64,000 bases of DNA. Origin: Saccharofermentanales bacterium (GTDB lineage Bacteria; Bacillota; Clostridia; Saccharofermentanales; DTU023). The position numbers and the translations under genes are program-made. Shown in pieces: positions 60,200 through 64,000 of the stretch (the first letter of the stretch is position 1; every line of letters starts with the position of its first letter). The notes beneath the pieces are model-generated. The model saw nothing but the letters and a program-made list of their open reading frames with translations. It was not told the DNA's origin and made no database searches. The stretch spans positions 220,207-284,206 of the forward strand of contig JBMNJZ010000001.1 of NCBI GenBank assembly GCA_050951925.1. Reading direction: 5' to 3'.

Positions 60200-61825
60200 T
60201 TAATCGTAAGTAATCATATTCAGATCGAGCATATTCTTCTTGATTTGGGCTAGGGTTGACTTCAGGGCACTGAGCTGTTCATCTGACAGTTCGTGCAGAT
60301 CCGGCGGCTGATCCTCCCAGGAACCCATCATGCGGCCGACTTCGTCCATCATCTTGCTAACTTCATACAGATCCGGAGCACTGACCAGGATAGAAGTGCT
60401 ATGATGCGTTTCGTCGCCCAGAAATTCCAGCTCATCTCCATAGCGCGGGATCATCACATCAATGCCAAAAGTCTCCTCAATATTATCTTTCAGCGGCAAC
60501 ATCTCCCTGCTTTCACCGTGAACCAGGACCACTTGCCTGGGCTTGGTCTCAAAGTCTGCCAGCCAGTTCAGCAATGTCGGTTTGTCAGCATGGGCCGAAA
60601 AGCCGGGCATGCTGTACACCGAAGCCTTGATATCGACCCAGGAGCCGGCGATCTTAACCTTGTCCGTAGTTCCGTCCAGGATGATGCGTCCCAGTGTACC
60701 CGCGGCCTGATAGCCGACAAAGATGACAGCGGACATGGGATCCCAGAGATTGTACTTGAGATGATGACGAACCCGCCCGCCTGTAGCCATACCGCTGGCC
60801 GAAATGATAACCTTGGGCTCCCGCTTTTCATTCAGTGCTTTTGATTCATCCACTGATCGGGTATAGGTGAGATTGGGGAAGTTGAAAATATTGTCGCCGC
60901 GGCGCACCAGGGCCTGAGCCTCTTCACCCAGCAAATCGGTATGCCGCATAAAAACTGAAGTTGCTTTCGTCGCCATCGGACTGTCCACATAGATCGGAAC
61001 AGGCTGTCGCTGGCCGTGGCCGCCGTACTCAAAGTATTTGTTCATCTCATAGAGCAATTCCTGTGTGCGGCCGATCGCAAAGCTGGGGATAATCACGCTG
61101 CCGCCGCGATTAATTGTCTTATAGATCACCTGCATCAACTGATCCAGCGAATCCTGATATTTGGCATGGACGGTATTGCCGTAAGTTGACTCGAGAATAA
61201 CCAGATCCGCTGCCTCGATAGCGGAGGGATCGCGGATCAGTAAATGGTCATGCATGCCGAGATCTCCGGAGAAAACTACCTTTGTCGTCTTGTCGCGCTC
61301 CGTAATCCACAGCTCAATTATCGCCGACCCCAGAATATGCCCGGCATCTCGCAATCGCATTCGGATATTAGGCGTCAGATCAACCATTTCCTCATAGTAA
61401 TACGGCTCAAACAGTTCCATCGCCGCAACCACGTCATCTGAATCATACAGAGGCTCCAACAGATCCTCGCCGGCGCGCTGGCGCTTTTTATTCTCCCATT
61501 GGATATCGAAATATTGAATATTCGCCGAATCCTGGAGCATAATATCGACCAGCTCCATTGTCGCCTGCGTCGTATAAATCGGTTTGTCAAAACCCTCTTT
61601 GACCAGCTTGGGAATCCGTCCCGAGTGATCTAAATGCGCATGGGTCAGAATCAAAAAATCCAATTGTGAGATATCATAAGGGAAATCCAGCCGATTCCTG
61701 GCTTCCTCACTGGCACTGCCCTGGAACATTCCGCAATCAATCAGAAAACGCTCGCCATTCTCCGTTGTGACCAGGAAATTAGAACCCGTCACATCCTCGG
61801 TCGCGCCATAAAAAATAATTTTCAT
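60200..61825 (-). CDS. MBL-fold beta-CASP ribonuclease
   Basis: DCGMFQG, THAHLDHSG, AGHILGS, ESTYG and FSAHAD motifs. Confidence 0.92.
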   Translation of the reverse strand: MKIIFYGATEDVTGSNFLVTTENGERFLIDCGMFQGSASEEARNRLDFPYDISQLDFLILTHAHLDHSGRIPKLVKEGFDKPIYTTQATMELVDIMLQDSANIQYFDIQWENKKRQRAGEDLLEPLYDSDDVVAAMELFEPYYYEEMVDLTPNIRMRLRDAGHILGSAIIELWITERDKTTKVVFSGDLGMHDHLLIRDPSAIEAADLVILESTYGNTVHAKYQDSLDQLMQVIYKTINRGGSVIIPSFAIGRTQELLYEMNKYFEYGGHGQRQPVPIYVDSPMATKATSVFMRHTDLLGEEAQALVRRGDNIFNFPNLTYTRSVDESKALNEKREPKVIISASGMATGGRVRHHLKYNLWDPMSAVIFVGYQAAGTLGRIILDGTTDKVKIAGSWVDIKASVYSMPGFSAHADKPTLLNWLADFETKPRQVVLVHGESREMLPLKDNIEETFGIDVMIPRYGDELEFLGDETHHSTSILVSAPDLYEVSKMMDEVGRMMGSWEDQPPDLHELSDEQLSALKSTLAQIKKNMLDLNMITYD

Positions 61826-62932
61826 TCAGTTTTCCTCTGTTTTCTCCGGTACCGTCCGCCGGATAATACCGCCGCCTACCACCATTTCTCCGCAGTAAAA
61901 GACTATCGATTGACCCGGCGCCGGCGCTCTGATCTTTCTCTCGAAGGCGGCAACAATGTGTTCCGTTGACTCCGGCCTGATCACGGCGGCAGTCTCAGCC
62001 GAACGATAGCGGATCTGTGCCGTCACGGCCATGGGCGCGGTAAGCTGAGGCAGGGCTATCAGATTAATATTATCAGCCAAGACAGAATCGGTATATAATT
62101 TCTCTTCCTTGCCCAAGACGATCCGATTGGCCGCTTTCTCCTTGCACAATACGAAATGCGGTTCACCCAGGGCCAGGCCCAGACCCTTGCGCTGACCGAC
62201 CGTATAATGGATCAAACCCCTGTGCCTGCCCAGAATCCGACCCGATTCATCCACTATATCTCCCGGCTCCTGCGGCCCCAGTTCCCGCTCAATCAGAGCG
62301 GCATAATCTCCATCCGGCACAAAGCAAAGATCCTGACTATCTCCATGATCGGCCGCTGCCAGACCCTGTTTCCGCGCCAGCTCCCGCACCTCGCCTTTGG
62401 TCAGATCTCCCAGCGGCAACAGCAAACGGCCGAGCTGTTCTTGTTGCAGGCGATAGAGCATATAGCTCTGATCCTTATACCTGTCTCTGGCCTTAAAGAG
62501 CAGCTTGCGATCTTCAGCTGTCTTCGCTATACCGCAGTTCTCCTCCATTTTCTCTTTATCGGCATCACTGCTTCGCCTTACCCTGGCATAATGCCCGGTA
62601 GCTACCATCTCAATCCCTCTCCGGTCCGCTTCGCGCAATAGAACTTGCAGCTTAACCTCGGCATTGCAGCGCACACAAGGATTGGGCGTTTCACCTTGGG
62701 CATAGCTGCTGACAAAATCAGCAATAACACAACTTCGAAATTCCTCTCCGGCATCAAGCAAATCAAAGGGGATTCCCAGCTGTTTACAAATTGCCGCTGC
62801 CGCTGCCGGATCTTCGGCTCCATGCATTCTCAGCATGGCTGCCTGGCAGTCAAAGCCCTGTTCCCGCAGCAACGCCGCTGCCACACTGGAATCAACGCCG
62901 CCACTCATCGCAATTAATACTGATCTGGTCAT
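61826..62932 (-). CDS. mnmA: tRNA-specific 2-thiouridylase MnmA
   Basis: AMSGGVDSS, TPNPCVRCN, ATGHY, KDQSY, SQDLCF and APGQ motifs. Confidence 0.95.
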   Translation of the reverse strand: MTRSVLIAMSGGVDSSVAAALLREQGFDCQAAMLRMHGAEDPAAAAAICKQLGIPFDLLDAGEEFRSCVIADFVSSYAQGETPNPCVRCNAEVKLQVLLREADRRGIEMVATGHYARVRRSSDADKEKMEENCGIAKTAEDRKLLFKARDRYKDQSYMLYRLQQEQLGRLLLPLGDLTKGEVRELARKQGLAAADHGDSQDLCFVPDGDYAALIERELGPQEPGDIVDESGRILGRHRGLIHYTVGQRKGLGLALGEPHFVLCKEKAANRIVLGKEEKLYTDSVLADNINLIALPQLTAPMAVTAQIRYRSAETAAVIRPESTEHIVAAFERKIRAPAPGQSIVFYCGEMVVGGGIIRRTVPEKTEEN

Positions 62933-62941
62933 AAAATGGAA

Positions 62942-64000
62942 TTATTGGTCGGCATAGGTATCGAAATAACCTTGGATATGGACGATTGGCGTACCTTTGT
63001 CACCCGAGCCGGATGTCAAATCCGCCAGCGAGCCCAGGATATCTGTTATCCTCCTTGGTGTCGTACCCAGCGAAAAAGATTCCTCGTCCCGGTGCCGATC
63101 TATATCGCCGATAAAGTCACTGACAGCTCGCTCCAGATTTTCCCCGGCCAGATTGGCGAACTCATTGTCGGCCAGATACTTCAGTTTGATCTCAGAAGGT
63201 TTGCCCTGCAGACCGGCTGTAAATGCCGGTGAAACTACCGGGTCGGCCAGCTCCCAGATCTGTCCGACCGGATCGCGAAAAGCGCCGTCGCCGTAGATCA
63301 TGACCTCAATCTCCTTACCGGTCAGTTCCCGCAGGTACTGTTGGATCTGCTGCACATAAATGTCGCAGTCGCGCGGGAATAACTTGACCAGCTCCGGGGC
63401 GGCTTTGTTAGCGCCCAGCAGACCGAAATCCGCATTGTACCCGCTGCCCGCCACAGGACTCGTCATCAGATCGGCCAGATTGCGGACCCGCCTCGCACCG
63501 GCAGCCGTCAGCAGCCGGTTTGATCTCTGACGGCTATGTACATCGCAGGTTAGGACATCCGTTTCATGCCGCAGAATCTCTCGCACATCATTAGCAAGGA
63601 TCACACGCAAGTTGCAGTTTTCGCTGTGGCAGATTTCATGATAGAGTTCGATATAGTCAACGCCGGTGAATGGATGGGGATTCGAGCCGAAGAGCTCACG
63701 ATACCGCTCCTCGGTCAAGGTCTCGCCATAATAATTGATACCCGTATCGTCCAGCTGTTCAATCGTCACCAGAGCATTGCCGACTTCATCGCGCGGGTAT
63801 GACAGCTGCATGGTCAGCGAGTCAAGCGCCCGGGCGATCGCCCTGAGCACGGTCGCAAAGCGGTTGCGGCTCAAAATCGGAAAGACAATGCCGGCGCGGC
63901 CCGCCGGGAACTTGCTTGCCACATCGGCAGCGATCTGATCGACAGTGGCATAATTGCCCTGTGCCCTGGCCACGATGGCCTCGGTGATGGCCACCACATC
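62942..64000 (-). CDS. coenzyme F420-0:L-glutamate ligase-like (CofE-family) protein, 5' end off the window
   Basis: ITEAIVARAQGN, PILSRNRF, YGDGAF.DP..IWELADP and DLTSGSGDKGTP motifs; the frame is open to the window edge. Confidence 0.75.
   Translation of the reverse strand, partial: DVVAITEAIVARAQGNYATVDQIAADVASKFPAGRAGIVFPILSRNRFATVLRAIARALDSLTMQLSYPRDEVGNALVTIEQLDDTGINYYGETLTEERYRELFGSNPHPFTGVDYIELYHEICHSENCNLRVILANDVREILRHETDVLTCDVHSRQRSNRLLTAAGARRVRNLADLMTSPVAGSGYNADFGLLGANKAAPELVKLFPRDCDIYVQQIQQYLRELTGKEIEVMIYGDGAFRDPVGQIWELADPVVSPAFTAGLQGKPSEIKLKYLADNEFANLAGENLERAVSDFIGDIDRHRDEESFSLGTTPRRITDILGSLADLTSGSGDKGTPIVHIQGYFDTYADQ

Noticed and set aside
60093-60260. Small + strand ORFs downstream of the riboswitch terminator (13 and about 50 codons)
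   Set aside because: No SD sequence and no motif, and the longer one runs antisense into the nuclease gene, so neither was accepted as the regulated CDS.
1-64000. CRISPR array or cas genes
   Set aside because: No run of identical 25-40 bp repeats with unique spacers. The 10-bp and 23-bp arrays are tandem and have no spacers, and no Cas-like ORF was seen.

Overview
This window reads as chromosomal DNA from an anaerobic Firmicute (Clostridia-like, roughly 50% GC); the taxonomy is inferred from gene content. It is mostly housekeeping with small accessory islets. In order it holds: a Na+-type V/A-ATPase operon (subunit A cut by the left edge); lipid enzymes; an LPXTG surface protein; a two-component system plus ABC cassette whose permease is fused to an Ig-like exported protein; a HigBA-type toxin-antitoxin pair; ctsR-mcsA-mcsB-clpC; a fused FAD/NAD(P) oxidoreductase with DUF1667; an LCP protein; a second two-component system; a deleted cysteine desulfurase pseudogene; a liv ABC operon; DUF1836 with an acyl-CoA synthetase; two convergent tRNA-Ser genes enclosing a phospholipase D, Fe-SOD, a trimeric [FeFe]-hydrogenase, a K+/H+ antiporter and a GGDEF protein; pssA-psd; an M16C peptidase; rapZ; the AmmeMemoRadiSam genes; a cobalamin riboswitch; and a cofE-like-mnmA-beta-CASP nuclease operon. 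No CRISPR array, integrase or intact transposase was seen. The strongest leads are: (1) a cobalamin riboswitch with promoter and terminator but no sense gene, facing the convergent RNA-processing operon; (2) a hydrogenase with a short HydB carrying the non-bifurcating signature; (3) inverted 55-bp elements behind the two tRNA-Ser genes bracketing a 10-kb block; (4) inverted CCGAATA arrays bracketing the TCS/ABC cassette; (5) a permease fusion with an internal signal-peptide-like segment; and (6) a 27-bp palindrome upstream of DUF1836. All calls were made by eye from motifs; no database search was run.
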